A stretch of 9,030 nt of DNA from IMG/VR virus record IMGVR_UViG_2667527898_000028. One strand, written 5' to 3'. This DNA comes from a virus (lineage: Duplodnaviria; Heunggongvirae; Uroviricota; Caudoviricetes). Of the stretch, positions 1 to 7,488 are shown in pieces (positions within the stretch are counted from its first letter, which is position 1; the number at the start of each line of letters is the position of its first letter). A program made the position numbers and the translations under genes. The notes under the pieces are model-generated. The model did no database searches. It saw nothing but the letters and a program-made list of their open reading frames with translations, and had not been told where the DNA came from.

Positions 1-141
1 TTACTGCTTACACTGTAAGAACGCCGCAAACTCCGCTCCCCAGAAGCTCATCCGTATTTCACACAGCGAACCGTGTAGCATCCAGATGATGAGGATTACC
101 GTCACGCAGAACGTGATGGCCGTAAGCGATTTTTGCGACAT
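1..141 (-). CDS. Hok/Gef-family-like type I toxin, small membrane peptide (46 aa)
   Basis: Minus-strand ATG at 141..139 and TAA at 3..1 give MSQKSLTAITFCVTVILIIWMLHGSLCEIRMSFWGAEFAAFLQCKQ. This is a hydrophobic helix followed by SLCEIR and E-x-AAF, the layout I recognise from Hok/Gef/PndA toxins. GGAG sits about 8 nt upstream of the ATG. It is below the ORF-track size cutoff, and the window starts exactly on its stop codon. Family call is from motif memory, not a search. Confidence 0.5.
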   Translation of the reverse strand: MSQKSLTAITFCVTVILIIWMLHGSLCEIRMSFWGAEFAAFLQCKQ

Positions 142-202
142 AGCGCTTGCTCCTTTGTTGGAGAGGCGCTAACCTATCACTTGCTTAAGGTAGATATGTT
201 AG

Positions 203-238
203 GGCCTCGGTTAAACAGAAATGTTTTCCGGGGCCTTT
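203..238. other. Imperfect ~13-bp hairpin with GAAA loop, followed by TTT on the plus strand; candidate regulatory or terminator structure between ogr and the hok-like ORF
   Basis: GGCCTCGG-tt-AAACA-GAAA-TGTTT-t-CCGGGGCC: outer arms 203..210 / 228..235 (one G-U pair), inner arms 213..217 / 222..226. Followed by TTTCC on the plus strand. It lies in the 5' leader of the hok-like ORF, antisense to it. Confidence 0.3.
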
Positions 239-332
239 CCACATCTGGCCTTCGGGTATTCCCTCCGACCATCAGCCGAAAGGCACCCGCGCGTAATCTA
301 TCGCTTTTTTGTTACTCCGGCAATTCTGCCTG

Positions 333-593
333 TTAATTCTGAGGTAAAGGCAAACTCATCTGATTGTTTCCCCTGTGTGAAGCTGGCAGCTCATGCCACG
401 GGATACCTTCTGAAGAGTGAACGCCGGAGGTGTGTTTTGATGTGAATTTATGGAAAGCTTCCAGTGTTGAGAAGCATACGCCGCATTCCAGGTTGTTACA
501 CTGGTAATACTTTTGCCGCACGGTGTTTGAATCATTTTCAGGACGACTGGTGCGGATACGGGCAGATGCGCCACAAAGCGGACAACGGAACAT
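333..593 (-). CDS. ogr: Ogr/Delta-family zinc-finger late-gene transcription activator
   Basis: 86-aa ORF beginning MFRCPLCGASARIRTSR, with a C-x2-C ... C-x4-C cysteine arrangement (C4, C7, C32, C37) typical of P2 Ogr / 186 B / P4 Delta. AGGGAGG sits about 5 nt upstream of the ATG at 593. It lies immediately downstream of D on the same strand, as in P2. Confidence 0.8.
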   Translation of the reverse strand: MFRCPLCGASARIRTSRPENDSNTVRQKYYQCNNLECGVCFSTLEAFHKFTSKHTSGVHSSEGIPWHELPASHRGNNQMSLPLPQN

Positions 594-635
594 AGCGACC
601 TCCCTTAACGTGGTGCTGCTGCTATTCTAAGTTGC

Positions 636-1745
636 TCACTCTGTTTCTGCTATCCATTCCGAGATTTTTGCCTCAAGCTCAAGCTGCGTGGTAAAGCCGC
701 TGTTATCGATGGTGTGCTCGGCTTTTGCAATAATCCAGTCCTGATTATCAATCTCGCTTTTAAATCCTGTTACCGTGCCATGCATTTCGGGGTAGAGTTC
801 TGCACGACCACATGCCAGCGTGATGGAGAATGATGCGGCTCCGCGTTGTAGCTGCTGCCACTTTGCCGCCGCTGCGCGTCTTGCTGCCTGCTCGTTCTGA
901 TAAGTCTTGCGTAACACAAACACATTGCCTTCCGCGCCTTCCATATAATCACCTTCACGGCTGCTGCTTTTCTCCTTTTTGGGTTTTGGCGGTTTGCGGT
1001 GTTTCACGCTGACTTTTTTCTTTTTCCCGTAATTAAGATCAAGCCAGTAAGCGCGTACCCCCGTATACGCTTCGCGGTCAGCAATGCGGAACTGATGGCG
1101 ATCGCCACTGCTGCGCGTGATGGCGAACGATGGCAACGGCTGGCCCTGTGCGTTCACGCCACCGCCTGGCATAATGAATAACAGATTACCGCTTTTTACC
1201 GTGGTGATTGCGCCCAGCATTTCCGCCATGCGCGTAAGGAAGGACATGTCGCTTTCTTCGGTCTGGTCGGCGTGGTCGATTTCGATATCCATCAGCATTT
1301 CGCTGATTTGCGGTTTCAGACCATACCGATGAGCGATGGCGGATACCACACGCTCAACGGTCACATCATGCCAGGACACCTCACGTTTAACGTTAAATTC
1401 ATCCCGAAAATCTGCGCTTCTGGCTGAAACAGTCAGCCTGTCCGGCGGTCCTTCGTGAGCGATTTCATCAACAATGTAAGTGCCTTTTTCTGTCAGCGGT
1501 TCTCCTTTCCAGCCAATGAGAACCGTCAGGCGCGCGCCCCGTGGCGGTAGCTGCAACTGACCATCCGCATCATCCAGCGTGATGGTGAGCTGGTCCGCGT
1601 CAAATCCCCGGTTGTCGGTCAGTGACAGGCTCATCAGGCGCTCTGCCACGCCTGACAGCGTTTTACCCTCCGCGAGAATATCAAAATCCGGCATTTTCAC
1701 GGGGTCTGTGCCCTGACTGAGCAATTGCATGGTGGTATCGGTCAT
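636..1745 (-). CDS. D: P2 gpD-like tail protein (late control gene D family)
   Basis: ORF-track frame 636..1877. The likely true start is the internal Met (MTDTTMQLLSQG...) at about 1745, preceded by GGGAGG; the next Met at 1730 is an alternative. About 369 aa, close to P2 gpD size. Family recognised from overall sequence character and from its position beside ogr. A lysine-rich segment lies at about 960..1030. Confidence 0.85.
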   Translation of the reverse strand: MTDTTMQLLSQGTDPVKMPDFDILAEGKTLSGVAERLMSLSLTDNRGFDADQLTITLDDADGQLQLPPRGARLTVLIGWKGEPLTEKGTYIVDEIAHEGPPDRLTVSARSADFRDEFNVKREVSWHDVTVERVVSAIAHRYGLKPQISEMLMDIEIDHADQTEESDMSFLTRMAEMLGAITTVKSGNLLFIMPGGGVNAQGQPLPSFAITRSSGDRHQFRIADREAYTGVRAYWLDLNYGKKKKVSVKHRKPPKPKKEKSSSREGDYMEGAEGNVFVLRKTYQNEQAARRAAAAKWQQLQRGAASFSITLACGRAELYPEMHGTVTGFKSEIDNQDWIIAKAEHTIDNSGFTTQLELEAKISEWIAETE

Positions 1746-1902
1746 CTGTTCCCTCCCTGTGCGGCATGGTCGCATGTGCGTGCGGAGGGGGTTACTGCTT
1801 TTTGTTGTCGCCGGGTCGGGAGAACGGCGCAGGGGTGAGATTACGCGCGTGGTGGGTGATGATTGTTGCCGAATCATTTAACGGATACAAGGGGCTAAAG
1901 CT
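1746..1902. promoter_or_regulatory. Divergent intergenic region between D (minus) and FI (plus); presumed site of the late promoter for the FI operon
   Basis: 157-nt gap between divergent start codons. I could not find a convincing TGT-N12-ACA Ogr-box or a clear -10 by eye, so this is positional inference only. Confidence 0.3.
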
Positions 1903-3087
1903 ATGAGTGAAACTCGTTTTCATGGTGCCCGTGTTACGGAAAGTACCGACCTGGTAACAGCGATTAACGATGTTGATTCCAGCGTTATCGGTATCGTGGC
2001 AACGGCGGATGATGCGGACGCGAAGCTGTTCCCGCTGAACAAGCCCACACTGCTGACCCGCGTCAATGACGTGCTGGGAAAATGCGGGACAACGGGGACG
2101 CTTTATCGTGCGCTTAAGGCCATCGCAGACCAGGTGAGCACAAAGGTGATCGTCGTTCGCGTGGCTGAACACAAAGAAGAAAACGGAAAGACGCAGGATC
2201 AACTGGTTATCGGTGGTTCTGAATCTGACGGCAGCTATACGGGGATGTATGCGCTGCTTGTTGCAGAGCAGGATGAAAGCATCGGATACCGTCCGCGTAT
2301 TCTGGCCGCGCCGGAGCTGGACACGGAGGCGGTGACAAAATCCCTGTGCGTGATTGCGGGTAAACTGCGCGCGTTTGTGTATGCCACATGTCATGGTTGT
2401 AACACGATGGCTGAGGCGATTACCTACCGCCAGAAATTCAACGAACGTGAGGTGATGCTCTTATGGCCGGACTTCATCGCCTACAACCCGAAAAGTGGCA
2501 AAAACGAAACGTTCCCCGCGCCTGCTTATGCGTGCGGCCTTCGTGCGTACATTGACCATGAGCAGGGCTGGCACAAATCGCTGTCCAACGTTCCGGTTAA
2601 AAATGTGCTGGGGATGTCGAGGCATGTGTTCTGGTCGTTACAGGCCGAAGACAGTGATGCCAACAGCCTCAACAACAAAGAAATCACGACCATTATTCGT
2701 CGTAACGGGTTCCGCTTCTGGGGCAACCGCACACCGGAAACGAACGCCTACATCTTTGAGGTGTATACCCGAACCGCACAGGTGCTGGCTGATTCAATTG
2801 CGGAAGCGCAGTTTGAAACCATCGACAGTCCACTGACACCTGCGAACGTGAAGGATGTTATCAGCGCCATCAGAGCAAAACTGGATTCGCTGGTTACTGT
2901 CGGGAAACTGATTGGTGCGGAGTGCTGGTATGACGTGGTGGATAACAGCACCACGGGTTTACGTCAGGGGCGTGTGCGTATTCGCTACAAATATACGCCC
3001 GTTCCTCCGCTGGAAGACATGGAGCTTTACCAGTCGTTTACTGATGAATTCTTTGGTCCCGCATTTGCGGTGCTGGGAGGTGCCTGA
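1903..3087 (+). CDS. FI: Contractile tail sheath protein (P2 gpFI-like)
   Basis: 394 aa. Motifs remembered from P2 FI: GSYTGMYAL, KLRAFVYA, YRQKFNEREVMLLWPDF, DHEQGWHKSLSNV, RRNGFRFWGNRT, YTRTAQVLAD, YTPVPPLE. AAGGGG sits 8 nt upstream of the ATG. Confidence 0.92.
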   Translation: MSETRFHGARVTESTDLVTAINDVDSSVIGIVATADDADAKLFPLNKPTLLTRVNDVLGKCGTTGTLYRALKAIADQVSTKVIVVRVAEHKEENGKTQDQLVIGGSESDGSYTGMYALLVAEQDESIGYRPRILAAPELDTEAVTKSLCVIAGKLRAFVYATCHGCNTMAEAITYRQKFNEREVMLLWPDFIAYNPKSGKNETFPAPAYACGLRAYIDHEQGWHKSLSNVPVKNVLGMSRHVFWSLQAEDSDANSLNNKEITTIIRRNGFRFWGNRTPETNAYIFEVYTRTAQVLADSIAEAQFETIDSPLTPANVKDVISAIRAKLDSLVTVGKLIGAECWYDVVDNSTTGLRQGRVRIRYKYTPVPPLEDMELYQSFTDEFFGPAFAVLGGA

Positions 3088-3599
3088 TGGCTGTACCAAA
3101 ACATCTTCGCTTTTTTACGTTGTTTGTGGATGGTGAAAACGAAGTGGGTAAAGTGACATCCGTCACGCCACCCAAACTGACGCGCAAAACCGACAGCTAT
3201 CGTGGTGGTGGCATGATGGGGGCGGTAAGTATTGATCTCGGTCTGGACGACTCCGCGCTTGATGCGAGTTTTGTCATGGGGGGAGCTGTTCGTGCGCTGT
3301 TCCTTAAATATGGCGGCACGATTGACGGCACGCTGCTGCGTTTTGCGGGTGAATACTACACCGATGCAGAAAGCGATCTGTATGAAATCGAGATGCGCGG
3401 GCGTCTGACGGAAATTGATATGGGGGAAGCCAAACAGGGCGAAGCCACATCACACACTTACGCTGTCAAAAACACCTACTACAAGCTGATCGTTAACGAT
3501 CGCCCGCTGTGGGAAATCGACCTGTTGAACCACATCTACCGGAAGGACGGCAAGGACATTGTGCCTGACCGTATCCGTTCCGCGCTTGGGCTTGGCTGA
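3087..3599 (+). CDS. FII: Tail tube protein (P2 gpFII-like)
   Basis: 170 aa, beginning MAVPKHLRFF ... PKLTRK ... YRGGGMMGA ... DLGLDD ... RFAG. The start overlaps the FI stop (TGATG) and has a GGGAGG SD, indicating translational coupling. Confidence 0.92.
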   Translation: MAVPKHLRFFTLFVDGENEVGKVTSVTPPKLTRKTDSYRGGGMMGAVSIDLGLDDSALDASFVMGGAVRALFLKYGGTIDGTLLRFAGEYYTDAESDLYEIEMRGRLTEIDMGEAKQGEATSHTYAVKNTYYKLIVNDRPLWEIDLLNHIYRKDGKDIVPDRIRSALGLG

Positions 3600-3612
3600 T
3601 AAGTAATATGCA

Positions 3613-3634
3613 GGCGGCGCAGTGCGTCGCCTTT
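3613..3634 (+). terminator. GC-rich hairpin plus short T-run between FII and E; candidate partial terminator or attenuator
   Basis: GGCGGCGC-AGT-GCGTCGCC (8-bp stem with one G-U pair, 3-nt loop) followed by TTT, then AAGGAG and the E start codon. Confidence 0.3.
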
Positions 3635-3654
3635 GACTGAAAAGGAGACAACTG

Positions 3655-4029
3655 ATGAAAGACATCGATACTGAAACCCGGAATAACACCGTGGCGGATG
3701 ATGTGACGGCAGGTGAGGATATGGCTGTCGAACGTGGCGTAAAACTGACCCGACCAATTGAGCGTGGTGGCGAAAAAATCACGTATGTGGAGATCACCGG
3801 GGCTATTGAGCAGGCTGGATCCCTGCGTGGTCTGTCGCTGTCTGATGTGCTGAATCTGAAAGCGGATACCATGTTTACGCTGTTGCCTCGCGTGACCTCG
3901 CCACGACTGGATGAAGTGATGATTAAAAAAATGTCGTCACGCGATTTTATTCAGTTGTGCGCAGTGGCTGTAAATTTTATGAGCGAGCCAGACTCTGGCG
4001 CGAAGAGCGTGCAGGAGACGGCAGCGTAA
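3655..4029 (+). CDS. E: Tail assembly chaperone (P2 gpE-like)
   Basis: 124-aa ORF directly after FII, with GGAG 7 nt upstream. Position, size and the overlapping -1 frame ORF match the P2 E/E' arrangement. Confidence 0.8.
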   Translation: MKDIDTETRNNTVADDVTAGEDMAVERGVKLTRPIERGGEKITYVEITGAIEQAGSLRGLSLSDVLNLKADTMFTLLPRVTSPRLDEVMIKKMSSRDFIQLCAVAVNFMSEPDSGAKSVQETAA

Positions 4030-4193
4030 TCACCCTGGTGTGCTTTGAGCACATCGAAGATCTGGTGGCGGATATTGCCGCCATTTTTAACTGGTCGCCC
4101 GCCGAAATCTTCATGATGACGCCCGGCGAAGTGGTTAGCTGGCGCGAGCGGGCGGCACTTCGCAGCGGGAATGCAGATAATGAAGACTCTTGA
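3655..4193 (+). CDS. E': E+E' fusion product made by programmed -1 ribosomal frameshifting (predicted)
   Basis: The -1 frame is open from 3927 to the stop at 4191..4193 and overlaps the 3' end of E. The slippery heptamer A_AAT_TTT (3972..3978) is in the correct phase. Predicted fusion is about 179 aa, ending ...NWSPAEIFMMTPGEVVSWRERAALRSGNADNEDS. Confidence 0.55.
3972..3978 (+). other. Candidate -1 frameshift slippery heptamer AAATTTT, with a downstream hairpin
   Basis: Zero-frame codons are GTA AAT TTT ATG, so the heptamer is X_XXY_YYZ in phase. A hairpin GCCAG-ACT-CTGGC (3987..3999), extendable with flanking GCG, starts 5-9 nt downstream. Confidence 0.5.
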
Positions 4194-6987
4194 TATCCGG
4201 GTCGCTTTCAGCGCCGTTGACAGGCTGACCCGGCCTGCCGAAAACGCCCGCCGCCTGATGGGGCAGTTTGGTGACTCCATCCAGCGAACGCAGGGGGCGA
4301 TCAAAAATCTCGAGCGTCAGGCGCGTTCATTTGAGCGCGCCCGTGACGCTGTCAGTAAAGCGGATGCTGGCATCGTGAAAGCACGACGCCAGCTTAACGC
4401 CCTTAATCAGTTACAACGCACGGGTACAGTGCTCAGCGAAAAACAACAAAAGCTGATGCAGCAGTTAAGCACCCGGCTTGAACGCCTGAATGAATCGCGC
4501 ACACGGGAAATTCAGAAAATGCGGGAGCTTGGCGGAGAGCTGAAACGCCACGGCATTTCCCTGACAGGCAGCGATAACACCATCCAGCAGGCCATCAGAC
4601 GCACCGAACAGTACAACAACCAGCTTGAACGCGAACGGCAGGCGCTTGCGCGTGTAACGCGGGCGCGTGAGCGGTATTCGCGCGCGCAGGAAACCGCGGG
4701 AAAACTGAAAACAGGTGGTGCGCTGGCAATTGGTGCTGCAGCGGCTGGCGGCTATGCTGCCGGGCGTTTTTTGCAGCCTGCGATCGGGTTCGGCAAAGAG
4801 ATGTCCCGCGTTCAGGCACTGACGCGAATCGACAAAAACAGCCCGCAGTTTAAGGCGCTGCGTGAGCAGGCGTTAAAACTTGGTTCTGAAACACAGTTTA
4901 CTGCGAGTGATGCCGCCAGTGGGCAGAGCTTTCTGGCAATGGCTGGTTTTACTCCGCAGGCCATTCAGGCCGCATTGCCCGGTGTTCTTAATATGGCGCT
5001 GGCAGGTGGCGTCGAACTCGGCGAGACGGCTGATATAGGCTCCAATATCCTCACACAGTTCAACCTGACAGCCGATCAAATGGACCGGGTTGGCGATACG
5101 CTGACAGCAGCATTCACCCGGACCAATACTGATTTACGCGCGCTGGGCGAAACCATGAAGTATACCGGTCCGGTTGCCGCAAAACTTGGTATCAGTCTTG
5201 AAGAAGCGGCGGCCATGGCCGGGATGCTTGCCAATAATGGTCTTCGCGGAAGCGATGCTGGTACGGCCATGCGCGCAAGTCTGTCCCGCCTTGCATCACC
5301 GCCAAAAGCTGCGGCTGATGCACTGAAAGAGCTGGGGGTGTCAGTTGCTGACGCCAGAGGCAAAATGCGCCCGATGGAGGATGTGCTGCTTGATCTCTAT
5401 AAGGCGACACAAAAATACGGACAGGTGGACCAGGTCTCCTTCTTCAAGGACATCGCCGGAGAAGAGGCGTTCGTTGGTTTGCAGACGCTTGTTGCGGCGG
5501 CTGGTTCAGGAGAACTGCAAAAACTGACCAGAGAATTGCAGGGGGCAAGGGGAGAGGCCGATCGCGTTGCAAAAGTAATGGCCGATAATCTTGATGGAGA
5601 CCTGAAAAATCTCGACAGCGCATGGGAAGGTCTTCGTATTCGCATCAGTGATCTGGTTGACGGTCCGCTGCGTTCTGTCACGCAGTGGCTCACGCGGGTG
5701 CTTGAAAAAATCACCTCGCTGGCGCAGGCCCATCCGGTACTGACGCGCCAGCTACTGATAGCAGGCGGTGCGTTGCTGGCAATGACTGCAACGATTGGCT
5801 CGTTGTCGCTGGTTATTGGGGTGCTTTACGGGAAGCTGGCCACCTTGCGTCTTGGTTTCGACATTCTTACCCGGTCAATGAATGTCATCAGGGTGTTGCC
5901 TGCGCTGTGGGGAATGGTGACGGGTTCTGTTTCTTTGCTGGGTGGTGCTATCGGGGCGCTGTTCAGTCCGGTTGGTCTTATCGTGGCTGCGCTTGCCGGA
6001 GCTGCCGTTCTTATCTGGAAATACTGGGATCCCATCAGGGCATTTTTTGCCGGGGTGTTCAGCGGGATTATGGAAAGGCTGACCCCGTTGCGTGAAACCT
6101 TTGAACGGTTTGGCCCTGTTTTTGACGCAATCGGAAGCGGGATCAGCCTGGTGTTTAACTGGTTTAAATCGCTGTTGTCACCGATGGAGTCCAGCAAGGA
6201 AACGCTGGATAAATGCACCAGTGCTGGCGAGATATTCGGTAACGTTCTTGGCGGTGCGTTACAACTTGTTCTGACGCCTGCAAAAATGCTACTGGATACG
6301 CTGGCGTGGATACTTGAAAAACTTGGCGTCCTTCCGGATGAAGCGGAAAGGGCGCGCAAGAAAATCGAAGACGCACAGCGTGCGGCCATTCTTCAGGACA
6401 AGGTTGCCTTGCTTCAGGGGGACCTGGCGAAAATCAATCCGCCGAAGCCTGTGGAAAATGGCAATGGCACCGGAGGTGATAAACCCAAAGACAACAAACC
6501 GCTCACAGACAGCAATACCGGTACGCTACGCAGACTCAGCAAAATTGCTGATAACACAGGTAAGCTGGTTGATGAGACGAAAAAACGCATTGGCCCCGGC
6601 GATATTGTCTTTAAGAATCTGCCCCGCGCACTTGCTGTTCGTGGGGAGTGGCAGGAGCGGAAGATTGCGCAGGTCAGTAAGCCTGCTTCCGCAATCAACA
6701 TCACACCCGTGGTCCCGACTCCTCTGCCTCTGGCGCTGGTCCCTGTTGTTGCGGCCAGCTCCCGCCCGGTGGCGGAGGCCATACGATCGCCAGTGGCATC
6801 AGTTCCTGCAACTTCCCGTAACCGGGAGCCTGTTGTCTCCGGATTTGGCGGTGAAATTCATGTTCATCTGCATAACGTTGTTACGCAGAATCCCCGCGAA
6901 CTGGCGAAACTGGTCGGTGAAATGGTCAGGGCAGAATTGGAACGACGCGACCGTGCCGGACGTGGCAGTTTTTACGATAAAGATTGA
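4171..6987 (+). CDS. T: Tail tape measure protein (P2 gpT-like)
   Basis: 938 aa. N-terminal charged and predicted coiled-coil region, central tape-measure core (AMAGFTPQAIQAALPGVLNMALAGG ... MKYTGPVAAKLGISLEEAAAMAGMLANNGLRGSDAGTAMRASLSRL), hydrophobic helices at about aa 520-620, and a Pro/Lys-rich C-terminus. An alternative start is ATG 4180. The start overlaps the end of the E' frame. Confidence 0.9.
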   Translation: MQIMKTLDIRVAFSAVDRLTRPAENARRLMGQFGDSIQRTQGAIKNLERQARSFERARDAVSKADAGIVKARRQLNALNQLQRTGTVLSEKQQKLMQQLSTRLERLNESRTREIQKMRELGGELKRHGISLTGSDNTIQQAIRRTEQYNNQLERERQALARVTRARERYSRAQETAGKLKTGGALAIGAAAAGGYAAGRFLQPAIGFGKEMSRVQALTRIDKNSPQFKALREQALKLGSETQFTASDAASGQSFLAMAGFTPQAIQAALPGVLNMALAGGVELGETADIGSNILTQFNLTADQMDRVGDTLTAAFTRTNTDLRALGETMKYTGPVAAKLGISLEEAAAMAGMLANNGLRGSDAGTAMRASLSRLASPPKAAADALKELGVSVADARGKMRPMEDVLLDLYKATQKYGQVDQVSFFKDIAGEEAFVGLQTLVAAAGSGELQKLTRELQGARGEADRVAKVMADNLDGDLKNLDSAWEGLRIRISDLVDGPLRSVTQWLTRVLEKITSLAQAHPVLTRQLLIAGGALLAMTATIGSLSLVIGVLYGKLATLRLGFDILTRSMNVIRVLPALWGMVTGSVSLLGGAIGALFSPVGLIVAALAGAAVLIWKYWDPIRAFFAGVFSGIMERLTPLRETFERFGPVFDAIGSGISLVFNWFKSLLSPMESSKETLDKCTSAGEIFGNVLGGALQLVLTPAKMLLDTLAWILEKLGVLPDEAERARKKIEDAQRAAILQDKVALLQGDLAKINPPKPVENGNGTGGDKPKDNKPLTDSNTGTLRRLSKIADNTGKLVDETKKRIGPGDIVFKNLPRALAVRGEWQERKIAQVSKPASAINITPVVPTPLPLALVPVVAASSRPVAEAIRSPVASVPATSRNREPVVSGFGGEIHVHLHNVVTQNPRELAKLVGEMVRAELERRDRAGRGSFYDKD

Positions 6988-6999
6988 GGAGTCATGGCC

Positions 7000-7488
7000 A
7001 TGATGATGATCTACGGCATGTTTGTTTTTGAGCTGCGCACATTGCCGCATCAGCAGTTACAGCAAAACAAAAGCTGGCGGTATGTGAAAAATGAACGCGT
7101 TAACCGTTCAGCAAGCTGGCAGTATATCGGCGCAGGTGATGATCGCATCGTGCTTTCCGGCGTGCTTTATCCTGAAATTACAGGTGGCGAAGTGTCGCTT
7201 TCATTGCTGACCACGCAGGCATATACAGGACGGCCCTGGCCTCTGATTGATGGTGTCGGGCAGATTTACGGCATGTATGTACTGACTGAAACGAATACGA
7301 CCCGTTCCGAGTTTGATCGCTACGGTAAGGCGAAAAAGATAGAATTTTCACTGACTCTTGAACGCTGTGATGAGGATTTGCGGGAGCGCCTGCAATCCTC
7401 ATCGTTCAGCGATATGTTGTCCGGCTTCAAAGATAAGGTGACATCATCCCTTAATAGCGCGGCCAGCTCAGTTAAGGGGCTGCTCTGA
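7000..7488 (+). CDS. U: Tail protein gpU-like
   Basis: ORF-track frame 6994..7488. GGAG at 6988..6991 is too close to ATG 6994 but about 8 nt from ATG 7000 (MMMIYGMFVFEL...). Size and position after T match P2 gpU. Confidence 0.85.
   Translation: MMMIYGMFVFELRTLPHQQLQQNKSWRYVKNERVNRSASWQYIGAGDDRIVLSGVLYPEITGGEVSLSLLTTQAYTGRPWPLIDGVGQIYGMYVLTETNTTRSEFDRYGKAKKIEFSLTLERCDEDLRERLQSSSFSDMLSGFKDKVTSSLNSAASSVKGLL

Noticed and set aside
133-445. Plus-strand ORFs 133..336 and 221..445 in the hok-like / ogr region
   Set aside because: They overlap ogr antisense and the intergenic leader, have no convincing RBS and no recognisable composition. The region is better explained by the minus-strand toxin candidate and its leader.
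960-1030. Lysine-rich stretch (GKKKKVSVKHRKPPKPKKEKSSS) in the middle of the D protein
   Set aside because: Low-complexity basic linker in an otherwise normal gpD-like protein. I cannot tell from sequence alone whether it is unusual for the family.
1741-1800. Apparent frame inconsistency in D when I translated 1741..1800 by hand
   Set aside because: The ORF track shows one continuous frame over 636..1877, with both ends verified in phase. I attribute the discrepancy to my own base-counting error and use the track coordinates.
1746-1902. Search for an Ogr-binding TGT-N12-ACA dyad upstream of FI
   Set aside because: Only partial half-site matches were found by eye. The promoter is called from position only, not from a motif.
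1792-2394. 200-aa minus-strand ORF overlapping the D/FI intergenic region and the 5' part of FI
   Set aside because: It is antisense to the clearly homologous sheath gene, has Arg/Cys-rich composition with no recognisable domain, and no RBS. This is a typical spurious antisense ORF in GC-rich coding sequence.
5826-6389. 187-aa minus-strand ORF inside the tape measure gene
   Set aside because: It lies entirely antisense within T and is Ser/Ala/Pro/Arg-rich low-complexity sequence; most likely an artefact.
6314-7003. 229-aa plus-strand ORF overlapping the 3' end of T in another frame
   Set aside because: Very arginine-rich out-of-frame translation of T coding sequence, with no independent start signal and no domain features.
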